A stretch of 64,000 bases of DNA, taken from the human T2T-CHM13v2.0 reference genome, Homo sapiens. The notes under the pieces were generated by a model. It worked only from the letters and a program-made list of their open reading frames with translations, was not told the origin of the DNA and ran no database searches. Position numbers and translations under genes: made by a program. Location of the stretch: assembly GCF_009914755.1 (NCBI RefSeq), contig NC_060931.1; one strand, given 5' to 3'. This document shows positions 50,723-64,000 of this stretch, in pieces. The first letter of the stretch is position 1; each line of letters starts with the position of its first letter.

Positions 50723-51779
50723 AGTGTACACAGTGGCACCAACAGTGAGCTAGACACCTGGAAGGTCACTGAAGAAGTAAACACAACCCATGATGGAAGT
50801 CAGTCACAGACATTGCTATCTGCCCAGTGTAGCTCTTCCTTTGTTTCAACTCAACCAGCCCATAGATCCCTCCTTCACTCGTAGGCCAAGTCTGTCTCTT
50901 TCAGCTTTGTTGGCAGATTGGTGCTATTAGGGAAGAGCTTTGGGCCTCTCTCAATCCCAGGCAGGGCCCATGGGCTCACAACAGACCAGAAGGGAGACAG
51001 ATGGGATTCCTGGTAGCGGGAGCTGCCACTGGCACTTAGCTGAGGAGGGAGGAAACCTCGTCTGTGCTTCTCTTCCCTGGTACCAGGTAGCCCTGGTACC
51101 AGGTAGCAATTGTGCTCTTCTTATGATTAGAGGCACGGAGACTACCCCTGGGCTTTGACGTCCCTGTAAAGTGCTCCACAAGCACAGAGGAGCTGTTCAT
51201 GGTGACAAAAACAGATGGCACTACCCAGATGGGAGGTTCTCACTGGAGGGGTCATATTACCTCCAAGAACGAGGGGCTGTAAACAATGCAGTGTCACTTC
51301 CCAACTACCAAATTAGTTGGAAAAAAAAAAAAAAGAATCAAGTGTTACTGTGAGCAGTGGGCGCTTGAGAAGGTGGCTTCAGTGACATGTCACTGGAAGC
51401 CTCGCATACTGCCTGTCTTGCGGAGCCCTGGCTGATGAGATGCACGAACATTATTAACGCCACTTTGCTGAAAATGCAGCACACTCAGACTAATGCCTTA
51501 TGGCATTTGCTGCTTTCCTGGGGCTCCAAAGATGGAGAGAAAGTCCTGAAATAGCAACTCCAAGCTGGTCGTCAAGGCAACAGGATCCATTAGGGTGCAT
51601 CGTCAGGTGCTGCGCTTGGCACTGTGAGGGGATGGGATAAAAGAAATTGCAAATGCACACCCTACCCTCCACGAGCCTACATTCTTCTTTGGGAGACAAG
51701 GCTTTGGTTTGTAAATCTATTCGGTCAGCATTTCCCTCCCTAAGGAGCAGGAGTACATGAGTACTGCAAAATATTAACT

Positions 51780-52022
51780 GGTGATAATATTTAAAAAAAC
51801 AGAGTCATGGGGACAAGGACAAATGATTTTGCAGAGCATACTGGGCAAAACAAAATTAAAAATTGCTGGGCTTCTCGGAGTCTTTAATGAGCTCACATGC
51901 ATTGTGATGTTCAAAAGGCAGATATTGTTGACTATGTTTCCCAGAATTATTTGACCATGGAAACTCTTGTTCACAGAGCATTTCAGGGGATTAGTAAACC
52001 ACAGAATGGCTTGGGGGACCCT
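51780..52022. mobile_element. MER103-like hAT DNA transposon remnant
   Basis: GAGTCTTTAATGAGCTCACATGCATTGTGA...TTTCCCAGAATTATTTGACCATGGAAAC. Confidence 0.5.
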
Positions 52023-52667
52023 GAATTAGGAAGCAATACAAAGCCGCGTGTAATTAAGTTCTTAGGATGTGTGGAACAGTTTGGGAGCACAACAGAATTC
52101 AGAGCAGGGAGAGTCCGTGTTGGCTTCATGGTGGAGGAGTTGAGCTGAATCTTGCGTATTCTGAGTGGGTGTTGAGAGGGGAGAGTAGATTCCCTTGTGG
52201 GTGTGGATGGCCCTTCTCCTGGGACCGAGAGAGAGAGATCCCACTGTGCGAGTGATAGATCTCATTTGGTTCTGCCAAGAATCGAAAGAGGCATCACTTT
52301 TCATGTGCTTTTTCTGCTCTTGGAATGACTACTGTTTGCACAAACTAATGCTTTTGACAGCACATTCACTTATCACCTCCTCCCAGAAGCCCTCTCTGAT
52401 GCCCTGAAATGAATGAACGCTTGTCCACTTTTTTACTTTTCTCTTTCTTTTCGTTTAAATGCTCAGCACTTAGATGCTACAATTGCCAATGTCATCCATC
52501 AGTCAATCCCTAATTACTTTTTTCGGCCTTTTTTTGGTGACTTTATACATATGTGTGTGTGTAAATGTGTGTGTGTGTCTGTGTGTGCAAATAACATTTG
52601 CCCTATTCACGAATTATTTTAATGTTTATACATTTATTTATTTATAGTATGGAAAAATAAAGCAACG

Positions 52668-53270
52668 TATTTTATTTTATTTTGTTTATTTATTTGTTTT
52701 CAACTTTTAGATTCTGTGGGTACATGTACAGGTTTGTTACAAAGGTATATTGTGGCTGAGGTTTAAAGTACGATTGAACACATCATCCAGGAAGTGAGCA
52801 TAGTACCCAACAGGTAGTTTTTCAATAGTTGCTCCCTCCTTTCTCTCCCTACTCTTGTATTCCCCCGTATCTCTTGCTCCCATCTTTATGTCCTTGTGTA
52901 CCCAATGTTTAGCTTCCACTTATAAGTGAGAATATGTTGTGTTTGGTTTTCTGTTTCTGCATTAATTCGGTTAAGATGATGGCCTCTAGCTGCATCTATG
53001 TTGTTGCAAAGAACATAATTTTGGTCTTTTTCATGGCTGCATAGTATTCCACTGTATCTATATAATATATATCATATTTTTTTATCCAATCCACTGTTGA
53101 TGGGCATATCAAAAAGTTAACTTATCACAAGTAAATTAGGCCTTATTGCTTGGATGCAAGCATAGTTCAACATACAGAAATCGACAAATGTGATTCACCA
53201 TATAAAGAGAATTAAGAACAAAAATCATATGATTATTTCAATAGATGCAGAAAAGATTATGATAAAATCC
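52668..53270 (-). mobile_element. L1P 3' end (antisense, 52668-53107) joined to a sense-orientation ORF2 RT fragment (53108-53270)
   Basis: GTACATGTACAGGTTTGTTAC...ATCCACTGTTGATGGGCA then ATCAAAAAGTT...AATCATATGATTATTTCAATAGATGCAGAAAAG ([11 protein letters not shown]). Confidence 0.85.
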
Positions 53271-53334
53271 TATTAACTATTTGTAAGTGTAAAATTTAGT
53301 GACATTTATTACAATCACCATTGTACCTATCACT

Positions 53335-54410
<1,076 letters not shown>

Positions 54411-54895
54411 TTTTATGCATTGTCATTGCTTCTGTTACAGTGGTGACTATGCCATATCAAAACCTATTTGCTTGAATGCTAGATTTCCCTTCCGGAATGT
54501 GATCTTTTCGGCCAACAAATATTTGTCAAACAGCTATCATATACTTGGCATTATGGGTAGGGTGTTGTACAAGGCAGAACCCCTGTCCTTTGTGAACAAG
54601 CTTAGAATTGCTCTACCCACCTGATATGCTGACGTAGCTGTACATGATATGATCTGATGCCAGCTAGAATACAGTTAGAGCTGTAACCCCAAAAAATGTG
54701 CCATGAGAATTAGAATGGGGAGGCTAATCACAATTGTTTCTGAGATGCTCCAGTATTTTGCTGCTTGAGGAAGGTATGTTGCGGTTCTTAAAAGTGAGTC
54801 CCAAATATTAGTTTGTAATTGGAGATGTTGCCCTCTGTCTCTCTTGATTTGTCTGGGGCTCCCTCTGTCTCTCTGTCTTTCTGTTTCTCTCTCTG

Positions 54896-54896
<1 letters not shown>

Positions 54897-54952
<56 letters not shown>
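54897..54952. repeat. (CA)~28 microsatellite
   Basis: Direct reading. Confidence 0.95.
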
Positions 54953-54953
<1 letters not shown>

Positions 54954-55673
54954 CCTTCTTCTCTGAGTCCATAAATAACTTCCAGATAGGGAAGGTTATT
55001 GGACTTTGAAAAAGTTGTTTGATAATCTTCTCCTTGGTGTTCTTGGTGGCTTAGCTCAGCCCTGCATAAAAGCACTCACAGGGCTGGTATGTTCTCTTTA
55101 GAGTCTCTCAGCCGAGGCATTTATTTATAAGGAGACCACACCGGGGAGGCAGCTATGCAATTCTTCTATTTGAGAGCCAGCAATGATGTATTTAGCAATT
55201 GTCACCAATTGCTTATTTATTAAGAGACAATGTTCCAGAAAACTGGGTTGAGTCTATGCTTCCAAACTTGCTCACTGTGAGTCTTGGGCAATCTGCCTCT
55301 CTCAGCCTCGGGTTCCTCTTCTGTAAAATGGGAAATAACAAGGATGCCTACCTCGTTTCACAGGCTTAGCCCAGTGCCTTAATTAACACTGGATGTTATT
55401 ACTGTGATTATCATTAGAGTGGTGCTTATCTATAAAATGGTGACATGCTAAATGCTAAGCACTAAACTCAAGTGGGGAAGAGATGCGTCTACAATGGACA
55501 GAGAGGTGGACTTAGGAATACCACCAGGGTTCCGACTGCAAAGATTCTGACTGCAAACATTCAGACTTGAGCAGGTGCCAGCTGGTCACCCAGAAGGTAG
55601 AAGGAGCATGCAGAAAAGTGCTTCAGGAGTCTAAAGTGGTGCCTGAATGCAGAGTAATAGTACCATTGTTTTA

Positions 55674-55830
<157 letters not shown>

Positions 55831-56749
55831 TAAACATTATTATTCTCCCCATCCCAACCTCATTGGGAGGATGGCAGGTGCAGCTCTCTAGAGCAGGTTA
55901 GAGGACTGTGCAATGCAGGGAAGCATTTCAGAGGCACTACTGAATCCCGCAAAGTGGATAACACTGGTGGACAAATAAAAAGTGATTGATGTCATTGACA
56001 ACATGACTTTACAGACAGTGCTGTTGGAGCCTGAAGGGCTGTGATTATCTATGCCGTTTCCTGCAAGCCAATACCTAGTGCTGCTGCCCTGTAGGTGCAT
56101 CGAGGAGCTGGAGCCATGTTTGTTACCATATCATGTTACAGACAGCAGCGTGGTCTGAGTCATTGGCTCCTGGAACGTGCACTTTGTTTGTACCTTCTCT
56201 CCCTGTAAGGATAGAGTGGATTTGCAAAGACCAGCATCCTTGCGTGACCCTATGCCTAGAGAAGCATGTCCCCCTCTTTCCTGCCTCCTTCTCGATTCTC
56301 CTGTTTCTCAAGCCATGTCCATAAACAGAGGAAGGGCTGAATGCTGTGCTGATTGCAGGAATATGGGGTGCCTCTGCCAGTCGGGGTCAAAGTGAGGCTA
56401 GCCCCAATCTGTCCTCTGCTAACCTCTCCTGCCTTATCACTAATGGAAGCTCCTTTTGCTCTCAGCACTCTGGTCTAACTGAATTGTTACCAGCAACTCC
56501 CCAAACTGCCATCCTATGTCATGTATCAATGCCTTTGAGCATTGATTGGTTGAGGCTGCCCTGAGCCCTTTCCCCAGGGCTGCTTCATGAATACCCGCTC
56601 TGCTTAAGGGATGCACGTTGTAGGGAGCTCTAATGGGTGAGACTGAACACCACTCTCCCCACTGGGTCCTTTCTGGGTCCTCACGAGGCTCTGTCTAGAC
56701 AATGTGTTAGCATCCGTAATATATTATTGCTCTGATGTATTTAAACATC

Positions 56750-57040
56750 TGTCTTGTAATGCAAGCACTTTAAGAGGCCAACACACGAGGATTGTTTGAT
56801 CCCAGGAGTTTGAAATCAGCCTGGGGAGCATGGCAAGACCCTGTCTCTACAAAAGCAAACAAACAAAAACTAGCCAGGTGTGGTGGTGCACAGCTGTAGT
56901 CCCAGCTACTTGTGGGGACTGAGGTGGGAGGATCGCTAGAGTGCAGAAGGTTGAGGCTGCAGTGAGCCGTGATTGTGCCACTACTCCAGCTTGGGGGCAG
57001 AGAAAGACTGTCTCAAACCAACAAACAAACAAACAAAAAG
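56750..57040 (+). mobile_element. AluJ-like element with (CAAA)n tail
   Basis: Diverged sense Alu. Confidence 0.85.
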
Positions 57041-57110
57041 GTCTGTCTTCTTGTCCCCCTACTCCTCCCAAATTGAGCTACTGAGTTGCAGAGACCTTGT
57101 CTCATATGTT

Positions 57111-57318
57111 CTGTGTCCACTGTTCCTAGCTCTGTGCCTGTGTCCCCTATTCCTAGCTCTGTGTCTGTGTCCACTGTTCCTAGCTCTGTGCCTGTGTCCC
57201 CTATTCCTAGCCCTGTGTCTGTGTCCACTGTTCCTAGCTCTGTGCCTGTGTTTCCTATTCCTAGATCTGTGTCTGTGTCCACTGTTATTAGCTCTGTGCC
57301 TGTGTCCACTGTTTCTAG
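57111..57318. repeat. 27 bp minisatellite, ~7.7 copies, inside an L2 3' end
   Basis: Unit CTGTGTCC(A/C)CT(G/A)TTCCTAGCTCTGTG(C/T). Confidence 0.92.
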
Positions 57319-58697
57319 GTCAGTGCTTGGGACCCAGACATTTACCAAATGCTCACTTAGTAATGAGCAAATGAAAGAAATGATTGACGTGTGCTGTGCA
57401 GGATGCCAAGTCTTACATCTATTCATATCAACCCTCCTCTGCTCCATTACTATGTCCACTTTTGCTTGGTGAGGTGGAAGATGGGGTGATACCCTGAGAG
57501 AAGCATTAGACATTGAGAAGAAATGCTCCAAGGGATTGCATTGCTATTTTTCAGATTTGCCTGGGGCTGGCTTTGCTACAGGCTGGATAGATAGACTTGA
57601 GTTTTCTGTGCCAGGTGGAGGACTGGCTTTCCAGGGAGCGGGGCTCCACCTGCCGTGCTGGAGAGTCTTTCGAACACGTTTGTCTGCCTGATGGGTCTTT
57701 GCCTGTTGAAGTTCTGCCCATGTCCTCGGTGCAGTGCTGCCTGGCATTTGGAACCAACACTATAAACAACAGTTGGCCGTGAATCGGGGAAGCTGACTGG
57801 CTAACGATGAAATGCTCTCGAAAGGACGGTTTTGGTTGGGTTTGGGTCAATCAAGGGGAAGGTGGATAAGTCAAATTCTGTTTTGCCTGTGACTTGGCTC
57901 TGAGGTCAGGAGAGCCATCCTAGGCCAGTCTTTAGTCCAGATGAGAGGCAATCGTTGTTCTGGTTCCAAATCAGATTCAACTCGTGTTCTCTGATTGATG
58001 GTGAGATCGCTCCTGGGTGAGAGGCACAGTCACACGTTCTAGCTCATTGAACTCTTCCAGGAAACCTGTGAAACGCAGGGAGTTTCATTTCTATTTTACA
58101 GTTGAAGAAACTAAATTTGAGATGTGAAGTGATAGGACTGAGACCAGAATTGGATATTTTCACTCAAATTCTAGTACACTTTCTAGTGATATGCTTTGTG
58201 CACTATTTCTTTTTTTTTGTTTTTTCCAAATATCAGGTAGATTTTAGAGACTTCTAGGCTGAGCAGTTCTCTTGTTCCAACCATCAGCACTGTCTCTCTT
58301 GTGTATCTGAAATGGTCTGGGTCTCACTAGCCTATCAGTGAAGATGAAGGTGTATTCACAGGGGTGCAGAAACAATGCTACCTTCTCTCCCCAATCCATG
58401 AAACACCAACTCTGCAATTTGAACCTGCCCGTATTTCTAACAAGGTCTCTGTGCCTAAGAATGCACCCGTGTGTTTTCTGCTATCTCCCATTCCCAGTCT
58501 GCAGTCTGCTGTGCACAGGTCACCTATGAGAGGGGTCACTTCCAACCCTGTTGCTGGTGTCTTTCATGGCAGTCTGTTCTCATGGGGCTCTGCAGTTTTT
58601 CCTTGTGCTCTGCTGTTCTTGGAGCCCTCTCGAATCTGCGGGATGCTGAAGCCATACTGAGTTATTGTGGCATAGTAGGGGAGACATGGTCCCTCCT

Positions 58698-59390
58698 GGT
58701 GGTGCGCTGGAGCTGGTTTCTACTGAGGCAGGGCAGGTGAGCCCCCAAACTGGGGCTTATCCTGGGAGGGTCCTTGGCTTTGCCCAGGAAAGAATTCAAA
58801 GGCCAGCCGGTTGTGTTCGACTACAACTTTTATTGAAGCCGTGGTGCACAGCAGCAACAGAGATAACGCTCCTTGCAGAGCAGGGCTACCCCATAGGCAG
58901 TGTGCTTGGAGTAGTAGCTCAGAGGCAGTGCTGCACTCACACATTTATACCCCCTTTTAATTACATTCAAATGAAGGAGTGGATTATGCAGACATTTCTA
59001 GGGAAAGGGTGGTAACTTCTGGGTCATCAAGTCATTGCCATAGAAAGGGGCAGTAACTTCCAAGTGTTGCCATGGCAATGGAAAACTGACATGGCACATT
59101 GTGGGTACGTTTTATGGAAAGCTGCTTCCACCCCATCCCTGTTTTAGCTAGTCCTCAATATGGTCCAGTATCCAAGCCCTACCTCCTGAGTTGAGTCCTG
59201 CCTCCTACCTCACTACTGGCTTTTCAGAGTCAATTGTGTGCGTCTCATCCCATCTCTGAGGTTAATGACATCATGTGGATAGCTTGAAATTGACTATGAT
59301 GGGAGTATTTACACCATGGAAAACAGGCAGCTGTTACCTATCAAGAACCCCTCTGCACCAGCCTGCTCCTGAAAATTTACACACCACTGC
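58698..59390 (+). mobile_element. MER63-like hAT transposon split by an LTR
   Basis: GGTGGTGCGCTGGAGCTGG...[LTR]...CAGAGTCAATTGTGTGCG...TTTACACACCACTG. Confidence 0.6.
58724..59212 (-). mobile_element. ERV1 solo LTR (MER66-like, tentative)
   Basis: TG...CA termini, 4 bp TSD CTAC; reverse strand starts TGAGGTAGGAGGCAGGACTC. Confidence 0.7.
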
Positions 59391-59745
59391 CTCCTCTCTG
59401 TCGCATTTTCTGCCCTAGGCCTGGGGTGTCTGGTGTCTCATGTAGCCTTCCATCAACCCCACTCCTTCAGCTGTGGGGCTCGGTTCAGTGCCTCTGGTTC
59501 TCTGCAGAGATGGGCAACATGTCAGCACTTCTATCTTTCTTCTCTTTCTTTCTCAGGCTCCATCCAGAAAAACAACTTGTACCACTAAGCTCCTTTATCC
59601 TCCTAATGTTAAAATATTCCCTGCCCCAAATAAAGCAAACAAAAACACAACACAATGAAGCAATGGTGCTGGTGTGTATTAACCTATTTGAATAGATACA
59701 TGGGACAGGGGAGTTACTTTTATAAATCCTACCTCAGGACTAGCA

Positions 59746-60064
59746 TTTTTTTTTTTTTGTTTGTTTTTTTGTTTTTTTTTTTTTGAGATGTAGTCTTACT
59801 CTGTTGCCAGGCTGGAGTAGAGTGGCCCAATCTCAGCTCACTGCAACCTCTACCTCCTAGGTTCAAGCGATTCTCCTGCCTCAGCCTCCTGAGTACCTGG
59901 GATTATAGGTGCGTGCTGCCACGCCCAGCTAGTTTTTGTATTTTTGGTAGAGATGGGGTTTCACCATGTTGGCCAGGATGGTCTCGATCTCTTGACCTTG
60001 TGATCCACCAACCTTGGCCTCCCAAAATGCTGGGGTTACAGGTGTGAGCCACCGCACCCGGCCA
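59746..60064 (-). mobile_element. Alu (AluSc-like)
   Basis: Antisense Alu with GGATGGTCTCGATCTCTTGACC. Confidence 0.92.
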
Positions 60065-60212
60065 TGGGGGACTAGTCTTGACACCTAGTTAGATGTGTAC
60101 ATTTTTAACTTTGATTTCTCAAAAAATGCTCCAAAACCAAGGCACTTTGAGTGGAAGAGAAGGCACTGGGCCTCTAATCTTGAAGCTTGGGCTTCAGTTC
60201 TGACTCCTTCAG

Positions 60213-61030
60213 TGACCCACTCTGTGCCCATGAGTGTGTTAGTAAAGGGTGAACCAACTTACACATTGTGTGCCCCTGGGTTTATTAGTCAAGCCTGGGA
60301 CAACTAACTCGCTGTGTGCTCTTGGGTTTGCTAGTCAAGTCCGGGGCAACTGGCCCACTGTGTGTCCTTGGATGTATTATTTAACAGCAGGCCAATTCAT
60401 CTCCTGTGTGCTCTTAGGCTCTTAGGTGTATTAGTCAAGGGTAAACCAATTAATCCTCTGTGTGCCCTTGGGTTTACTAGTCAAGGGTGGGCCAACAGAC
60501 CTACTGTGTGCCCTTGAGTATATTATTCAAGGGTGGGCCAATTGATCCACTGTGCCTTCTTGAGTGTATTAGTCAAGAGTGGATCAACTGACCCACTGTG
60601 TGCCCTTGGATGTATTAGTCAAGGGTGGGCCAATTGGCCTGCTGTGTGCCCTTAGATGTATTAGTCAAGAGTGGGTTAACTGTCCCACTGTATGTCCTTG
60701 GGTATATTAGACCCAGTGTGTGTCCTTGGGGACATTAGACCCACTGTGTGTTCTTGGGTATATTAGACCCACTGTGTGTTCTTGGGTATATTAGACCCAC
60801 TGTGTATTCTTGGGTGTATTAGTCAAGAGCAGGCCAACTGACCCACTGTGTGCCCTTAGATATGTTAGTCAAGAGTGGGTCAACTGTCCCACTGTGTGTC
60901 CTTGAGTATATTAGACCCACTGTGTGTTACTGGGTGTCAAAAGTGGGCCAACTGACACACTGTGTGCCCTTGGATGTATTGCTCAAGGGCTAGCTTACTA
61001 ACCCACAGCATGATCTTGGGTGTGTTAGAG
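60213..61030. repeat. Minisatellite, ~20 units of 46 bp and 28 bp
   Basis: Long unit GACCCACTGTGTGCCCTTGGATGTATTAGTCAAGGGTGGGCCAACT; short unit GACCCACTGTGTGTTCTTGGGTATATTA. Confidence 0.92.
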
Positions 61031-61270
61031 TGGTTTAATTGCTAAAGCAACCCTCAACTTCAGTGGCGAACCTCAACATGTTTATTTCTCACTCATATGG
61101 CTGTCCATGCAGTTGGATGGGGAAATTGAGTGAGGACTGGGTGGGGAAAGGTTTGATGAACTAGCCTGGATATGACAGTCATTACTTTCTTTAATACTCC
61201 ATTAACCAGAATTTGGTCACATGGCCAAACTGCAAGGCAGAAGTGTAAGGAAGGAAGAAGAGATTGGTGA
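61030..61270 (-). mobile_element. MLT1J/I-like MaLR remnant
   Basis: TTCAGTGGC...GTTTATTTCTCACTCAT...CCATTAACCAGAATTTGGTCACATGGCC. Confidence 0.55.
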
Positions 61271-64000
61271 GTAGCCACATCTCTGCTGTGCTGGGAAAGT
61301 CCTTTTCCTTCTAGATGCTTGATTCTATGGCTGAAACACAGAGGCTTTGATCTATGAGATCTGCAAGGCTTCTTCTTGCTCTCACAGTCCACGAGTTTCT
61401 TCTTTTATTATTGACAAACTAAATGAGCAGAGTTTTCAAAGCAGATTGGGTTTGCTTCTCATTCCTGGCTTGGATCCCCAATGTCTTTCATTGTGGGGTA
61501 GAGCCAACCCTTCACCAACGAGTCTGTTCAAAATGCTAATCAAAGTATTAGTGCCTGATCATCATCTTTCTCCAAACAATGCCCAGACCCACATCGCACT
61601 CCTTCTATGTCTTCTGAGAGTCCAAATTTTGAACCCATTTCATCAAGGCCAAATGTCAATCATAAGAAGAAATCTATATGAAATTTTAATTGCAAGATGT
61701 TCAGTGTAAATTTAATGAGTGAAATAAGAGATCTGAGAATTCCCGCATTCTCGGTTCATGCATAATGTTGACTTAAATTGGCTCTCTGGAGGTGGAGGGA
61801 ATTGCATTTTTAGAATTTACACACCGAGAGAGCAAATGGAGTGGACCCTGAAGGTTAAGGTCCTAAATCAGAATCATTTAACTGGCTTTGAGTGATTGCT
61901 GTAGGCTGTAATGGCAAGGAGAGCTGGCTGCAGCCACAAGTGATTACTCTGCCTCAGATTATTGAAATGCTACTCAATATTCATAAATCAGTGTTCACTC
62001 ATACCCCAAATAGTACCTGTCGGCTTTCTGAATAAATTTCCAACCTGCTAATGGAGATTGAAAGAGGCTGATGGGCGCTGGCTCAGAATTGAAACAGATG
62101 AGAGCGTTACTCGGACAGACCTGGAAACATCATGTCTTTTTGGAACATGAAGTCACTTTGGGGTAAAGATGTCCCAGCAGACATCTTTTCGCTCTTTGCA
62201 AAAGGGGGATTATTCAGGCAGTTTCTCCCAACCCTTGTCATTTCTGTAGAGAATAGCTTTGATGTTTATGTCTCAATCTCTGAAATTTTGCTTGGGACCA
62301 AATCAAATGAGTTAAAAGCTTCAATTCAATTGCTTGCACATCCCTGTTTACCCACAGTAATTGGAAAATAAATGCACGGTGCAGCGAAAGGCCATGACAT
62401 TTATTGGATAGCATGAGAGCAAGCCGGGGAAGGAAATTGTAATTGGAGCGTCAGTCACCGGGGTAACAAATTTGGGAAGAAATAGAGAAATGAAAATGAG
62501 CATGAACTCGTAGAGACATCAAACTGAAAAGCGATTTCATGACCACAGACACTTCAAGTCCATGTTCATTTTCCCTTTGCCTTGTTTCTGGGTTGGATTC
62601 ATAAATTGTATATAATGGTGACCAGACGTCTGGGTGAGGACATCACATTGACTTGAGTAATAGGCACCACTCTGTAACTATTGCATTTGAAATCTGGCAG
62701 AAAATGATATTTGTGTGTGGATGTGAGGGAGACAAGCTGTATAGATTCGTCTCCTGCCTGGTTTCACCTTGAAAAAAGGAAACCAGATAAGGGAGGCTGA
62801 AAATAAATCCTGTTTTCAAGTGTAATCGCTCAAAATAATAGCATGGACTCTTTTGATCCCAGCTTTATTAGTCAAAGAGCGTAGAAACAAACATTGTAAC
62901 TGCAAAACCACCCCCCTCTTCTTGGAAATTTAGGGACATAGAAGAAAGGGGACTCTGTCCAGGATGACAGAGCTAGAATTGAAATCCAGGCCAGCTGCCA
63001 TGAAAAAGAGCAACAGTTCAAACCACATTCCCCAGGGAAACACTCTGTGCACAAAAGCAATTTGGTGACAGGTATGAAGAGTGTTAAAAACGTCCATTCT
63101 CTACCTCCTTTGGGGTTGATTCTATTTATCCTCAGTACAAATTCTCACTTCTACTACCTGATGCCAAAGAATTACGTTGACCTATAAAGAGGTTCATGGA
63201 AGCCTTATTTTTGCTACATTTGAAGCAGGTGACAAGTCCAATATGGAAGAATATTTAAGGAAGGCATGGATCGCCTGCTCACAGGTAGCAAGGAACCCTT
63301 TGAAAGGTTGCCTTGGAGAATCCATGACACTCCAGAGGAAATGTTTACGGTAAGTGAAAAAAGCAGACTGCAAATATGTACCTCCAGGGTGCTCACACCT
63401 ACGTAAAAGACGCATGGCTGGATAGTATCAGGCAAATTTGGAAGAAGCCATGATTTCCTTCTTAGCACACTTCCCTCCTTGTTCCCTAACTGTGATCCTG
63501 CCTCATGGAAGCCTGATCACTAAACGTGTTTTCTCTTCTCCCCTGGTTCACACTGCTCTTACTGGCTAAAGTACTAACGAGACTTATTTTCTTCTCTTAC
63601 AATCATGTACTTTTTGGTTATAGAAGTAATGCATACTCATTGTATGACTTTTTGGCAAATACAGAAAAGTATAAAAATATGATAAAAACCGGTCATAATG
63701 ATGCCACTCAGAGATACCACAGTTTAGTTTATATTTGGGAGCATAACTTTTATGCCCAACCATCTTATAATGAAGGAACTGACCTACATGTGTTTCTGCT
63801 CTGTGAACTCTGAGTTAATAAGCCACCAACTCAAGATCACTGGCTCCATCCTAAATTGCTGTCTGACCTCTTGGCAAGTCGCTTACCCTCTCTATTCCTA
63901 AATTTCCTAATTTGTAAAATGCGAGAGTTGTTCTGTTTCTATCAAAAAAACTATCTCAGCCCTAAGAATGCTATAAATTCATAATAGTGTAGTTCTAATA

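Noticed and set aside
56973-57531. Overlapping 128-172 aa repetitive ORFs (CPLFLALCL / TELGTVDT repeats)
   Set aside because: Artefact of the 27 bp minisatellite
58690-58710. CTCF-like CCACCAGGAGGGAC on the minus strand (and a weak match at ~51350)
   Set aside because: Mismatches at core positions; cannot be supported without PWM scoring
60213-61030. CRISPR-like appearance of regularly spaced repeats
   Set aside because: Contiguous tandem units without unique spacers, eukaryotic context, no cas genes

Overview
Primate (most likely human) non-coding DNA. It is dense in Alu (AluJ/S/Y), MIR, L1/L2 fragments, MaLR and ERV1/ERVL solo LTRs, hAT/mariner MITEs and simple repeats. I see no credible protein-coding exon, RNA gene or CpG island: the supplied ORFs are almost all Alu-, LTR- or repeat-derived. 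I cannot name the locus. Repeat subfamily names are from recalled consensus motifs, not alignment, and diverged boundaries are approximate. The most striking structure is an ~850 bp quasi-palindrome (7135-7984). It has ~375 bp ungapped arms, a 195 bp perfectly matched outer stem and a ~91% matched inner stem, which implies a recent hairpin-templated copying event. Other highlights: (1) a 157 bp local templated insertion into an Alu (42582-42738 copied from 43903-44058); (2) two minisatellites born from old transposons (27-mer from L2; 46/28-mer at a MIR/MaLR junction); (3) a TATA plus CpG-cluster promoter candidate at ~13.3 kb; (4) a TGACA (MEIS/TGIF) motif cluster at ~5.0-5.5 kb; (5) several repeat-free homeodomain-motif islands that look like developmental enhancers; (6) four MER41 LTRs, two carrying a GAS motif. 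I did not find evidence of a new gene-encoded system.
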